DNA of 41,371 bases from Kosmotogaceae bacterium. Its GTDB lineage: Bacteria; Thermotogota; Thermotogae; Petrotogales; Kosmotogaceae. Location: the NCBI GenBank assembly GCA_049975465.1, contig JBNGCV010000001.1, positions 139,532 through 180,902 of the forward strand, read 5' to 3'. The notes under the pieces were generated by a model. It had not been told where the DNA came from. It searched no databases and was given only the letters and a program-made list of their open reading frames with translations. The position numbers and the translations under genes are program-made. Shown here piece after piece: positions 18,560 to 27,220 of this stretch (positions are counted from its first letter, which is position 1; each line of letters begins with the position of its first letter).

Positions 18560-19378
18560 ATGAGAAGAAATTATCTACATTTTATGTTTGAAGTTTTTGA
18601 AACTGAAATCGGTTTGCTTCAGGAGAAATGCTATTTTGAGGGGTTTAATGACATCTATTTTCAGTATGGTTCAAACAATAGGTGGATTGCTCATATTTAT
18701 GTTAAAAAAGGTGAGAAAATACCTGCATTTCTGGCCAACAGACCTCTTAAATTTCTTGAAATAGAAAACACCAAAACCTGGACAAAAAGCTGGAGAGAAA
18801 GCTTAAAACCCTTCGAGCTTTTCCAAGGCATGGAGGTTATACCTTTACAAAAACATAAAAGGGTTACTTCTGCAAAGAAAATTGGTATTATACCCGGTTT
18901 AAGTTTTGGTACAGGTTTACATGAAACAACTAGAATTTGTGCTGAGCTTATTAACAAATATCTGAAGAAAAATGACAGGTTTCTTGACATAGGAACAGGT
19001 ACAGGAATACTTTCCGTACTTGCAATGAAACTGGGAGCTGGTTATGTTTTAGCGGTAGACAATGATGAAAACTCTCTTTCAAAATGCAGAGAAACAGCCT
19101 GGATAAATAATGTGAAGATCGATATCGCCTATTCAGATTTTTTAAGTGGTGTTAACACAAACAAACCCTTCAATCTCATAGCATCTAATATGATTGCTGA
19201 TCCACTACTCAGTTTTCATAAAAAAGTATCAATGTTTATGACTGAAAGCAGTATTTTCGTAATTTCTGGAATTCTAAAGACTCAAAAACAGCTGTTTATG
19301 AATACAGATACACCTTACCGCATAATAAAAACGAAGGAGAAAGGTGAATGGATAGGATTTGCTCTGAAAAGAAAATGA
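18560..19378 (+). CDS. prmA: Ribosomal protein L11 methyltransferase
   Basis: GTGLHETTRICAELI...FLDIGTGTGILSVLAMKLGA..VLAVDND. The start was chosen at the ATG after RBS AGGTGAG; the longer ORF from 18506 lacks an RBS. Confidence 0.85.
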   Translation: MRRNYLHFMFEVFETEIGLLQEKCYFEGFNDIYFQYGSNNRWIAHIYVKKGEKIPAFLANRPLKFLEIENTKTWTKSWRESLKPFELFQGMEVIPLQKHKRVTSAKKIGIIPGLSFGTGLHETTRICAELINKYLKKNDRFLDIGTGTGILSVLAMKLGAGYVLAVDNDENSLSKCRETAWINNVKIDIAYSDFLSGVNTNKPFNLIASNMIADPLLSFHKKVSMFMTESSIFVISGILKTQKQLFMNTDTPYRIIKTKEKGEWIGFALKRK

Positions 19379-19887
19379 TTGAGTTCCAGCTGGAAAGGAA
19401 AATTGACAATAATTTTGTTACGATAAAGAGATGCACATGGGATTTTCCACAGGTTATTAGGAGCTACCCGCTCAAAAACAACAGGCCTTTCCCCACGATC
19501 TTTTGGTTAACCTGTCCTCTATTACGCAAAAATGTTTCCAGGTTGGAAGAAAAAGGGATGATCAAATATTTCGAAAAAAGACTTAAAAAGGAACCGGAAA
19601 TGAAAAAAAGATTTTTGTTGGCTCAAGAAGCAACAAAGGAATTGAGAAAAACTCTGTTACCCGAAAAAATACCTTACTGGATAAAAGAAGATTTAATTTC
19701 CAAAGGTATAGGAGGCTCAAAGAAGTACCTTACAGTAAAATGCCTCCATCTTCAATTAGCAAATTTTCTTGGAGGTATTGATAACCCCATTGGAGAAGAA
19801 GTGTGGAAATCTATGGATATAGTAAATTGTAAAGAAAACGATATTATCTGTGAAAAGTTGATAGAAAATGACTCAAAAAGAAATTAG
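19348..19887 (+). CDS. DUF501-family protein
   Basis: W.FP...P.IFWLTCP pattern; strong RBS GGAGAAAGGTGA. Overlaps the prmA stop and the uvrC start. Confidence 0.55.
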   Translation: MDRICSEKKMIEFQLERKIDNNFVTIKRCTWDFPQVIRSYPLKNNRPFPTIFWLTCPLLRKNVSRLEEKGMIKYFEKRLKKEPEMKKRFLLAQEATKELRKTLLPEKIPYWIKEDLISKGIGGSKKYLTVKCLHLQLANFLGGIDNPIGEEVWKSMDIVNCKENDIICEKLIENDSKRN

Positions 19888-21601
19888 AGAAAGAATTAAA
19901 GCTCTACCCCAGAAGCCCGGGGTATACATATTCAAAGACAGCCTGGACAAAATCATATACATTGGAAAAGCGAAACGACTTCGAAGCCGTGTGACTTCAT
20001 ACTTTAGACAATCAAATTTGTCAAGAAATGACAAGATTAAAGAAATCTATCTAACTACGAAAACTATTGATTTTATTGTTGTGCCATCTGAAAGAGAGGC
20101 AATGTTTCTTGAGGCAAATTTAATTTATAAGCACAAACCAAAATACAATGTATTTCTTACCGATTCTCATCATTATCCATATATAAGAATATCAGATGAT
20201 GAATTTCCCAATATAACTATAACAAGACTGAAAAGCTCAAATAATGGTGAATATTTCGGACCTTACACAAATGTAAAATTGATCCGCAAATTAATCAAAC
20301 TCCTTCAACGAATATTTAAAATAAGAACTTGTACATATGATCTGTCTAAAGTAAAGAGAGAGTGCTTTCTTTATCACTTAAAGATGTGTTCCGCTCCGTG
20401 CACCGGAAAAATTACATATAAGAAATACCAAAATGACCTCAATGAACTGTGCGGTTTCCTGAATGGAGAAACATCAAAAGTCAGAGAAAAACTCGAAAAT
20501 CGAATGTACAGACTTTCAGACCTTCTTCAATTTGAAGAAGCAAAGGAAATAAGAGATGTGCTTAGTTTGTTCGATGAACTTTATGACAAACAAACTGTAG
20601 ACGTTACACAGGATTATAATGCTGACATAATAACTTACTCAAGCGGTTATATTGCAGTTTTACGAATTAGAGGTGGGATGCTTCTGGGAAAACTGAGTTT
20701 TGAGTTTCCTGGAGAACAAATGCAGGACTTTATCACACAGTTTTATTTTTCCAGAAAGAAGGAGATTCCTGGAACGATAATAACTGATTCACTGACTGAG
20801 CAAAATCGAAAAGAATTTAAAGACCAGTTTGAATACATTGGTCCTCCCCGTAACGAAAGAGAAAAACGCCTAGTATCTGTTGCGTATGAAAATATTGAAG
20901 ATGAGATTGGATTTCGTTTAAATGCAATTAAAACCTTAAAACAGGCTAAGGAACTGCTGGGGCTTAGAAAAATACCGGGATTAATTGATGGTATAGACAT
21001 TTCTCACACACAGGGCCAGTATACTGTGGCTTCTGTAGTCGTATTTGATAAGGGAAGACCATATAAAGATAGTTATAGACGTTACAGAATAACCCAGCTT
21101 CAAAAGCCCAATGATTTTCAGGCAATAGAGACAGTAATAAAACGTCGTTATACCAAACACAGTCTTCCTGATCTGTTATTTATAGATGGTGGTAAACCTC
21201 AACTGGTTGCTGCAAAAAAAGCTCTTGATTATCTTGATCTTGACTGTGAAATAGTTGGAATAGCAAAAGAAAATGAGGAAATAGTTTTTCCCGATCAAAG
21301 AGGTAAGGTAACACTTCCCGATGATAATCCGATCAAAAGGCTTTTAATAGCCGTTAGAAATGAAGCACATAGATTTGCTGTTCATTATCATAGAGTGTTG
21401 AGAGAGAAACGTTTGAGGCGTTCAAAACTTGACGATGTTCGCGGAATCGGGCCCAAAAGGAAGAAACAATTGTTGAAAGCTTTTGGAAGTATTTCAGAAA
21501 TAAAGAATGCCAGTGAAGAAGACCTTTATAAAATTGTTAAAAACAAAAAAGTGCTAAACAATATCCTTGACTGGATAAAAGAACAAAGCGGTGGACGTTA
21601 A
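19868..21601 (+). CDS. uvrC: Excinuclease ABC subunit C
   Basis: GIY-YIG N-terminus (PGVYIFKD...IYIGKAKRLRSRV), UvrC central and RNase H-like domains, C-terminal HhH. Confidence 0.9.
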   Translation: MTQKEIRERIKALPQKPGVYIFKDSLDKIIYIGKAKRLRSRVTSYFRQSNLSRNDKIKEIYLTTKTIDFIVVPSEREAMFLEANLIYKHKPKYNVFLTDSHHYPYIRISDDEFPNITITRLKSSNNGEYFGPYTNVKLIRKLIKLLQRIFKIRTCTYDLSKVKRECFLYHLKMCSAPCTGKITYKKYQNDLNELCGFLNGETSKVREKLENRMYRLSDLLQFEEAKEIRDVLSLFDELYDKQTVDVTQDYNADIITYSSGYIAVLRIRGGMLLGKLSFEFPGEQMQDFITQFYFSRKKEIPGTIITDSLTEQNRKEFKDQFEYIGPPRNEREKRLVSVAYENIEDEIGFRLNAIKTLKQAKELLGLRKIPGLIDGIDISHTQGQYTVASVVVFDKGRPYKDSYRRYRITQLQKPNDFQAIETVIKRRYTKHSLPDLLFIDGGKPQLVAAKKALDYLDLDCEIVGIAKENEEIVFPDQRGKVTLPDDNPIKRLLIAVRNEAHRFAVHYHRVLREKRLRRSKLDDVRGIGPKRKKQLLKAFGSISEIKNASEEDLYKIVKNKKVLNNILDWIKEQSGGR

Positions 21602-21619
21602 TTATCCACCGCTTTTTTT
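21586..21619 (+). terminator. Rho-independent terminator after uvrC
   Basis: AGCGGTGGA-cgttaattA-TCCACCGCT followed by TTTTTTT. Confidence 0.6.
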
Positions 21620-21635
21620 AAAATCGATTTTACAC

Positions 21636-21908
21636 TTACTTCACTTTTTCCTTAAGTTCTTTACCGGCTCTAAATTTTGGCACTTTACCACCTGGAATCT
21701 TAATGGGTTCTTTTGTTCTCGGGTTAACACCTTTTCTTGGCTTTCTCTTGGCAACCTCAAATGTGCCAAACCCAACCAGTTTAACCTCTTCACCTTTTGA
21801 AAGCTGCTCTTCAACAGTTTCAATAAAATTGTCAAGTACCTCACCGGCTAGTTTCTTTGTTACATCTGCCTTATCGGCAATTTCCGCAACAAGTTCTTTT
21901 TTGTTCAC
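21636..21908 (-). CDS. hup: DNA-binding protein HU
   Basis: VNKKELVAEIA...GFGTFEVAKRKPRKGVNPRTKEPIKIPGGKVPKFRAGKELK. GTG start with RBS GGGGGTG. Confidence 0.9.
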   Translation of the reverse strand: MNKKELVAEIADKADVTKKLAGEVLDNFIETVEEQLSKGEEVKLVGFGTFEVAKRKPRKGVNPRTKEPIKIPGGKVPKFRAGKELKEKVK

Positions 21909-21947
21909 ACGAGCACCCCCTACTATTGAAATCATGATGTCTTCAAT

Positions 21948-21977
21948 ATTCTAACACTTTAAGGGCTATTATTTCAA
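21948..21977 (-). promoter_or_regulatory. Candidate HU promoter: TTGAAA - 18 nt - TG-n-TAGAAT (minus strand)
   Basis: Read on the reverse complement as ttgaaa...tgttagaat, about 35 nt upstream of the HU start codon. Confidence 0.35.
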
Positions 21978-22234
21978 CTATCTACATCTCTTAACACCGG
22001 TATGCATAAGATTTAGATTAATTTTATCAAAAATAATGAACATTATAAACTTTAAAAAGTCTCTATAACTTTTTAATGATAAGGATTATAGAGAATAACA
22101 GAAACACAAATTAAATTCTTCCTACTGTGAGAACACCAATATTTTTTCCCTTAGATTAAACACCAGGTGTTTTATGTAAACATTTTTTATTAAAACATTT
22201 TCTACAAACTTAAAAATTATTTGAAACATAAAAA

Positions 22235-22500
22235 ACCATGCTCCTTCCCTCGACAACATTGACTGCTCCGGTGGTGCATTTCAGCTCAGGTAGAGCACTC
22301 CCGCGGCACACAGAAATACTTGCTTATGGCTGCTTCCTTCCGGATCTGACCAGGTTCACAAGTCTCTGTTGCGTGGGACCCGACCATCAACGCCTTCCTG
22401 CACTCCGTGAAACAACCAGATGTTGCCTCAGAAAGTCTTCAGCCCCGCGTATGGCGGATTTCGGGTAAAGGGAACCGCCAACTCCCCGCCTAGCATGGTT
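22235..22500 (-). ncRNA. ffs: Signal recognition particle RNA, long (Bacillus/Thermotoga-type, ~265 nt, with Alu domain)
   Basis: The reverse complement contains the universal domain IV motif CCUGGUCAGAUCCGGAAGGAAGCAGCC. The 5' part GCUAGGCGGGGAGUUGGCGGUUCCC..CCGAAAUCCGCC matches B. subtilis scRNA GCUAAGCGGGGAGGUAGCGGUGCCC..CUGCAAUCCGC. The 5' CCAUGCU pairs with the 3' AGCAUGG, followed by UUUUUU. This is the only GC-rich island in the window. Confidence 0.85.
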
Positions 22501-22506
22501 ACTAAA

Positions 22507-22535
22507 ATTATATTATGTAAACTACCAAAGTTCAA
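22507..22535 (-). promoter_or_regulatory. Near-consensus sigma-A-type promoter for ffs: TTGAAC - 17 nt - TATAAT, with the TSS about 6-7 nt downstream
   Basis: Read on the minus strand immediately upstream of the SRP RNA 5' end. Confidence 0.55.
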
Positions 22536-22569
22536 CTTAGTAAATGACTTAGAACCGTTCAAAATAAAT

Positions 22570-23961
22570 CTATTCAAATAACTCACTTAAAGAGATGATC
22601 ATTTCGCTGGAATATTTCTTATTCTTTCCAGGTAAAAAAATTCTTTTAAAATCATTCTTCAAAAGTGTATTAACCATTTCATCATCAATGTCTACATTAC
22701 ATGCTGCAACAGGATAGTTGTGTTCGTACTTTTGGAGTGCCTTTTTTAGATCATAATATGTAGAAACTACTATCTGTTTGCTTTCGTCCTTCGAAGCATA
22801 TGAAATACATATTGGTGGATTTAAAATTGCCGGCAACAATGCAAGTTTATCGTCCAAATTCAGAGAATTTAGATTGAGAGGCTTTCTTTCTTTCTTAGCT
22901 ACATATTCCTCAAATCCTGATAATTCCATAGATGATATTCTTACAGATTCCTTATCAGGTACAGTAAGAATTGAAATATCGTTTTGATAGGCAAATCCAA
23001 CTGCGTCTTTATCAAACGCACCGCAAAAAGAATTTACTCCTAGAGAAAATAATTTTTTTATAGTCGAATAATCAATATGTGTTGATGCATACATTGTGTT
23101 CTTCCCTATGGGAATATCCCTTATCTCATTATCCATTCTTGTTTTCAATATCCTCCCATCAACTATGAAGGCAGAAATGTTATCCGTATAATAATAAAGT
23201 TTCATGAATAATCTAATATTGTTTAAATCAGCCACTGAGATTCCCTTTGTTGGATTTCCCATGTGAACATTCTCAAGCAATCCTGAAACACCTTCGAGTT
23301 TATAAAGTGTAGATTCTTCCTGCAATCCATCATCCGATATCAATTGCATGACATATTCAAGTGTTAAATGATCATATTTCTCAGCTGCGAAGTATTGCGA
23401 AAAATCTTTATGCATCTGAGAGCTGTAAATGGCTACTTTATATAGCGCCTTCAGTGCAAGCTTTCTTCTTCTTCTCAAAATAACATCACCACAGTATTCT
23501 ATGTCACTCATTACATCATCATAATCCAGCGGGTCGGTTAATATAACTACATTTCTATGATTTCTTGCAGCAGCTACCATAACCGCTATCGAAAAATAGT
23601 CCAGTTCCTTCGTTAGTTCTTTCTCATTAAGGCTTTTTCTCTTTTCTTCCGTTATTGATCTTGGATCCAGTATGAGCATGTCAAAGAAGGGAAAAGGTTT
23701 GTTTTGATCTTTTAAATATTCTTCAGGTTCACTTATTAACGTGTTAATTATTCCTTTTTTCAATAGATTCAGTTGATAACACTCTGGAGTATTTTCCATA
23801 TTTTTATCCAGCAAAGTTCTATAATTTATATCATACTGTTCCATTGTGGAAATTAGTTCTGGATCAATATAAATATCTGCGCCTTTTTTTGCAATAAAAT
23901 CCAAAAATCTATCTAATTTCTCAGAATTGTGTATTCCAACATATATTTTTTTTATATTCAC
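22570..23961 (-). CDS. Hypothetical protein (463 aa); family not recognised (a DUF4127-like assignment is only a guess)
   Basis: Long uninterrupted ORF with codon usage typical of the window. No P-loop, no TM segments, no familiar catalytic motif. Confidence 0.55.
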   Translation of the reverse strand: MNIKKIYVGIHNSEKLDRFLDFIAKKGADIYIDPELISTMEQYDINYRTLLDKNMENTPECYQLNLLKKGIINTLISEPEEYLKDQNKPFPFFDMLILDPRSITEEKRKSLNEKELTKELDYFSIAVMVAAARNHRNVVILTDPLDYDDVMSDIEYCGDVILRRRRKLALKALYKVAIYSSQMHKDFSQYFAAEKYDHLTLEYVMQLISDDGLQEESTLYKLEGVSGLLENVHMGNPTKGISVADLNNIRLFMKLYYYTDNISAFIVDGRILKTRMDNEIRDIPIGKNTMYASTHIDYSTIKKLFSLGVNSFCGAFDKDAVGFAYQNDISILTVPDKESVRISSMELSGFEEYVAKKERKPLNLNSLNLDDKLALLPAILNPPICISYASKDESKQIVVSTYYDLKKALQKYEHNYPVAACNVDIDDEMVNTLLKNDFKRIFLPGKNKKYSSEMIISLSELFE

Positions 23962-24065
23962 TCTCGCACCTCCATTAAATAAATTTTAACAGAAATTCCT
24001 ATATAATAAGAATATCCAAAATTGTGTCATATTCTACTAAACCTGAAGCAGAGTTTTAATCATTA

Positions 24066-24074
24066 TGATATAAT
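24066..24074 (+). promoter_or_regulatory. Extended -10 (TGATATAAT) candidate promoter for the rpsF-ssb-rpsR-rplI operon
   Basis: TG-A-TATAAT lies about 70 nt upstream of the rpsF ATG. Confidence 0.35.
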
Positions 24075-24094
24075 GACTCTTGTTTGGAAAACCT

Positions 24095-24114
24095 GCTTTG
24101 CCTGAGGGCAAGGC
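24095..24114 (+). promoter_or_regulatory. Hairpin in the rpsF 5' leader (GCTTTGCC-tgag-GGCAAGGC), a possible S6:S18 autoregulatory element
   Basis: 7/8-bp stem within the ~65-nt leader, immediately upstream of the SD GGGAGGAGG. Confidence 0.3.
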
Positions 24115-24140
24115 CATATGTCCGTGGGAGGAGGTAATGT

Positions 24141-24593
24141 ATGGAAAAGCAGAGGATTTACGAAACTATGTTCATCATCGACCCAAATCTTGAAGATGAA
24201 GCAAGGGAAGCAGTTGCAGAAAAAATCAAGAAACAGGTCGAAGAAAGAGTTCAGGGTATAGTTAGGAAGTTCGATCGCTGGGGCGTTAGAAAATTAGCTT
24301 ACCGTCTTGGTAGAGGTTTCACAGAGGGCGATTACACAGTTATTATCTTTGAAGCTGACCCGGAAAATATTGATCTTCTTGAGAAATTCTACAAAATAAC
24401 ACCCGAGGTCTTCCGCTGGCAATCCTTCAGAAGAGAAGATCTGGAGAAAAGCGGTTTGCCAAAGGAAATGTTAAATGAGGAAGATGAAGAAAAAATTGAT
24501 GAAGCAACAGAAAAGCCGACAAAAAATGAAGAAACCCCTGAAAACAGTTCAGAGGAATCGGTAACTGAAGAATCAAAAAAATCGGAGGAATGA
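24141..24593 (+). CDS. rpsF: 30S ribosomal protein S6 (acidic C-terminal extension)
   Basis: MEKQRIYETMFIIDPNL...RKFDRWGVRKLAY. Confidence 0.9.
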   Translation: MEKQRIYETMFIIDPNLEDEAREAVAEKIKKQVEERVQGIVRKFDRWGVRKLAYRLGRGFTEGDYTVIIFEADPENIDLLEKFYKITPEVFRWQSFRREDLEKSGLPKEMLNEEDEEKIDEATEKPTKNEETPENSSEESVTEESKKSEE

Positions 24594-24597
24594 GAAG

Positions 24598-25074
24598 ATG
24601 TCAATCAGCTACAACAAAATTATTCTGGTTGGTAGACTGGTAAGAGACCCCGATATAAGGTTTACAACAAGTGGTACGCAGGTATCAGTATTTACAATCG
24701 CTGTTGACCGACCAACTCGTTCAGGTATGGATGATAATGATAATACAGACTTTATCCGAGTTGTAACCTTTGGTAAAACTGCTGAATTTGTGGGAAATTA
24801 TCTGGTCAAAGGACGATTAATACTTGTTGAAGGTTCGTTGCAAATCAGAAAGTGGACAACCCAGGATGGAGATAAGAGAAGTACGACAGAGGTGCTTGCA
24901 AACACTATCAGATTTATGGAAACTAAATCACAGGCTGGAGTGGCCGACACCTCAATATTTAATAAAGAAGTTGAAGAAACATCCGATGAAGATAATGATA
25001 TTGATGCAAGTGAGGATATCACATTTTTTGGCAGTGAACAAAACGACAAAAGCGATGATCAACCGCCTTTTTAA
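24598..25074 (+). CDS. ssb: Single-stranded DNA-binding protein
   Basis: OB-fold N-terminus (NKIILVGRLVRDPDIRFT) and an acidic tail ending DDQPPF. Confidence 0.9.
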   Translation: MSISYNKIILVGRLVRDPDIRFTTSGTQVSVFTIAVDRPTRSGMDDNDNTDFIRVVTFGKTAEFVGNYLVKGRLILVEGSLQIRKWTTQDGDKRSTTEVLANTIRFMETKSQAGVADTSIFNKEVEETSDEDNDIDASEDITFFGSEQNDKSDDQPPF

Positions 25075-25101
25075 ACAAATTAGGTAGTGAGGAGGATTTA
25101 A

Positions 25102-25332
25102 ATGAGAGAACGGAGAAGAAGAAGAAAATCAAGCAAACGTTGTAGATTTTGTTCAACGGATATTAACTACATTGACTATAAAAATACAACTCTTCTTAGA
25201 GATTTCATGACAGAAAAAGGAAAGATAATACCAAAAAGAATTACCGGAAATTGTTCAAAACATCAGAGAATGGTGAAAATTGCCATAAAAAGAGCAAGAC
25301 ATATGGCACTTCTTCCCTACGTGAAGGAGTAA
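25102..25332 (+). CDS. rpsR: 30S ribosomal protein S18
   Basis: [44 protein letters not shown]. Confidence 0.9.
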   Translation: MRERRRRRKSSKRCRFCSTDINYIDYKNTTLLRDFMTEKGKIIPKRITGNCSKHQRMVKIAIKRARHMALLPYVKE

Positions 25333-25337
25333 AGCGA

Positions 25338-25369
25338 AGGGGAGGCTCAGAGAGCCTCCTTGTTTTTTA
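25338..25369 (+). terminator. Rho-independent terminator/attenuator after rpsR
   Basis: GGAGGCTC-aga-GAGCCTCC followed by TTGTTTTTT. Confidence 0.6.
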
Positions 25370-25417
25370 TTGAAACAGTTGGCTAATTATTTAGTATAGT
25401 AAATGGAGGTATATACT

Positions 25418-25873
25418 ATGAAAATCATCTTAAAAAAGGATGTTCCAAAGCTTGGAACTGAAGGTGAGGTTAAAGAGGTAGCAGACGGATACGGAAGAAA
25501 TTATTTAATTCCTAAAGGCCTGGCAGTTGAAGCTACAAAAAGTGAAATGGCCAAATTAAAAACCAAAAAAGAACATCGAGAAATGAAAGAAGAACGAATA
25601 CGCGAAAAAAGTGAAGAGTTATTGAAAAAAGTCTCATCCAGACACTTTACAATAAAGGTAAAATCCGGTAGTAGTGGAAAGCTTTTTGGATCAGTCACTT
25701 CTGGCGATATTGCAAATAAAGTTGAAGAAGACGCCGGGACGAAACTTAAAAAGAAGTACATAAACCTCCCAGAAAATATTCGAGAAACAGGAGATCATGA
25801 AATTGAAATAGAATTACCCGGGAATGTAAAGGGCACCATAAAGCTTACCGTAGAAGGAACAGAGGAAGACTGA
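25418..25873 (+). CDS. rplI: 50S ribosomal protein L9
   Basis: MKIILKKDVPKLGTEGEVKEVADGYGRNYLIPKGLA. The ATG at 25418 follows RBS GGAGGT; the track's 25403 start is too early. Confidence 0.9.
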   Translation: MKIILKKDVPKLGTEGEVKEVADGYGRNYLIPKGLAVEATKSEMAKLKTKKEHREMKEERIREKSEELLKKVSSRHFTIKVKSGSSGKLFGSVTSGDIANKVEEDAGTKLKKKYINLPENIRETGDHEIEIELPGNVKGTIKLTVEGTEED

Positions 25874-25875
25874 GC

Positions 25876-26727
25876 TTGGAATTCAAGATTTTCTCAAAAG
25901 CACTTTATTCAACATGGATATATTACAGACCAGAACGCCTTCTCTTTGATACAGGAGAAGGCATTTCAACAAATATGGGTAATGAAGTATATGCCATAAA
26001 GGATATTTTTCTTACTCACGGTCATATCGATCATATCTCCGGTTTGTGGGGCATAATAAACACCAGAAATAACGCAATGGGAGATAAAACAAAGCCTTTG
26101 CGAATAACTTACCCTAAAAACAACTGGGCAATCGAGTCATATATTCAGTTTATTAAACAAATGAATCCGTATCTCAAATACGATATTTTATTGAATCCTG
26201 TCGAAGAGGGGGAGATTGTTTTTTTACGATATGCTGGAAACTTTAAACGAACCGTTATACCTTTTAAGGTAAAGCATACCCCTGGAGAGATCAGCTTGGG
26301 TTATAATATAGTTGAAGAAAGACATAAACTTAAAGAAAAGTTCAAAAGTAAAAGTTCCAAAGAAATTGCCAGAATTTCAAAAAAGTTAGGTAAAGAAGAG
26401 GTTACTTATACATATAATAAGAATATCATCACAATAAGCGGTGACACTTATGCTTTACCGTTAAGTGCTATAGAAGATACAGAAACTCTTTTACATGAAT
26501 CCACTTTTTTGAAAACAGAAGATAGACGAGGCGAGAATCACTCATCACTGGATGAAGTAATAGAAAATGTTTCAAAAGTAGATGGTTTGAAGAGACTGAT
26601 ACTGTATCATATATCTAGCAGGTACATTGGTAAGTGGTCAAAGTGGAGGAAATACATCGACGAACGAATGAAAGATTCTGATGTAGAAGTACATGCAGTA
26701 CATCCTCAAAAAATATTCACACTTTGA
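25876..26727 (+). CDS. rnz: Ribonuclease Z (short-form tRNase Z, MBL fold)
   Basis: Motif I LLFDTGEGIS, motif II LTHGHIDHISGL (HxHxDH), motif V YHISSRY. TTG start overlapping the rplI stop. Confidence 0.65.
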   Translation: MEFKIFSKALYSTWIYYRPERLLFDTGEGISTNMGNEVYAIKDIFLTHGHIDHISGLWGIINTRNNAMGDKTKPLRITYPKNNWAIESYIQFIKQMNPYLKYDILLNPVEEGEIVFLRYAGNFKRTVIPFKVKHTPGEISLGYNIVEERHKLKEKFKSKSSKEIARISKKLGKEEVTYTYNKNIITISGDTYALPLSAIEDTETLLHESTFLKTEDRRGENHSSLDEVIENVSKVDGLKRLILYHISSRYIGKWSKWRKYIDERMKDSDVEVHAVHPQKIFTL

Positions 26728-26750
26728 TTTATCTGTTTAGGAGGTAGATT

Positions 26751-27218
26751 ATGGAGTATATCGGCTGGATGATCTTTGCAGTCGTACTTCTGGTAGTAGA
26801 AATTGTAACCCCAACATTTTTCTTCCTCTGGTTCTCCATTGGATCTTTCATTGCAGGTTTACTTGCAATTTTCGATTTCAATCTGGGATGGCAGGTTTCT
26901 GTCTTCGCTATAACAAGCGCTCTGCTGGTCCTTTTCACCCGCCCTATTGCTAAAAAACTCTCTGGAGAATCTCCAAGAAAAATTTACGTTGACGAGCTTA
27001 AAGGTACCAGAGCCCGCGTAATAGTTGAGATAAACATGAATAAAGGTACTGGATTAGTAAGAGCTGCTGGAGAAGATTGGAGAGCAAAACCAGTTGAAGA
27101 GGAAAAATATCCTGTTATTGAAAAAGATAGATACGTAAAGATTGAACATGCTAGAGGTACCATAGTGTATGTAACCCCCATCGAAAATAATGATACGTCT
27201 ACAGGAAAGGAGGAATAA
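26751..27218 (+). CDS. NfeD-like membrane protein (short form, OB-fold C-terminus)
   Basis: Two N-terminal TM helices followed by a beta-rich C-terminus. It is the classic partner gene directly upstream of an SPFH gene. Confidence 0.8.
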   Translation: MEYIGWMIFAVVLLVVEIVTPTFFFLWFSIGSFIAGLLAIFDFNLGWQVSVFAITSALLVLFTRPIAKKLSGESPRKIYVDELKGTRARVIVEINMNKGTGLVRAAGEDWRAKPVEEEKYPVIEKDRYVKIEHARGTIVYVTPIENNDTSTGKEE

Positions 27219-27220
27219 CC

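Noticed and set aside
22238-22468. 76-aa plus-strand ORF (MLLPSTTLTAPVVHFSSGRALPRH...)
   Set aside because: It lies entirely within the GC-rich SRP RNA gene encoded on the opposite strand. The open frame is a by-product of the structured RNA, not a protein gene.
25403-25417. Upstream ATG (MEVYT...) as the rplI start
   Set aside because: It overlaps the SD (GGAGGT). The L9 N-terminus MKIILKKDV begins at 25418.
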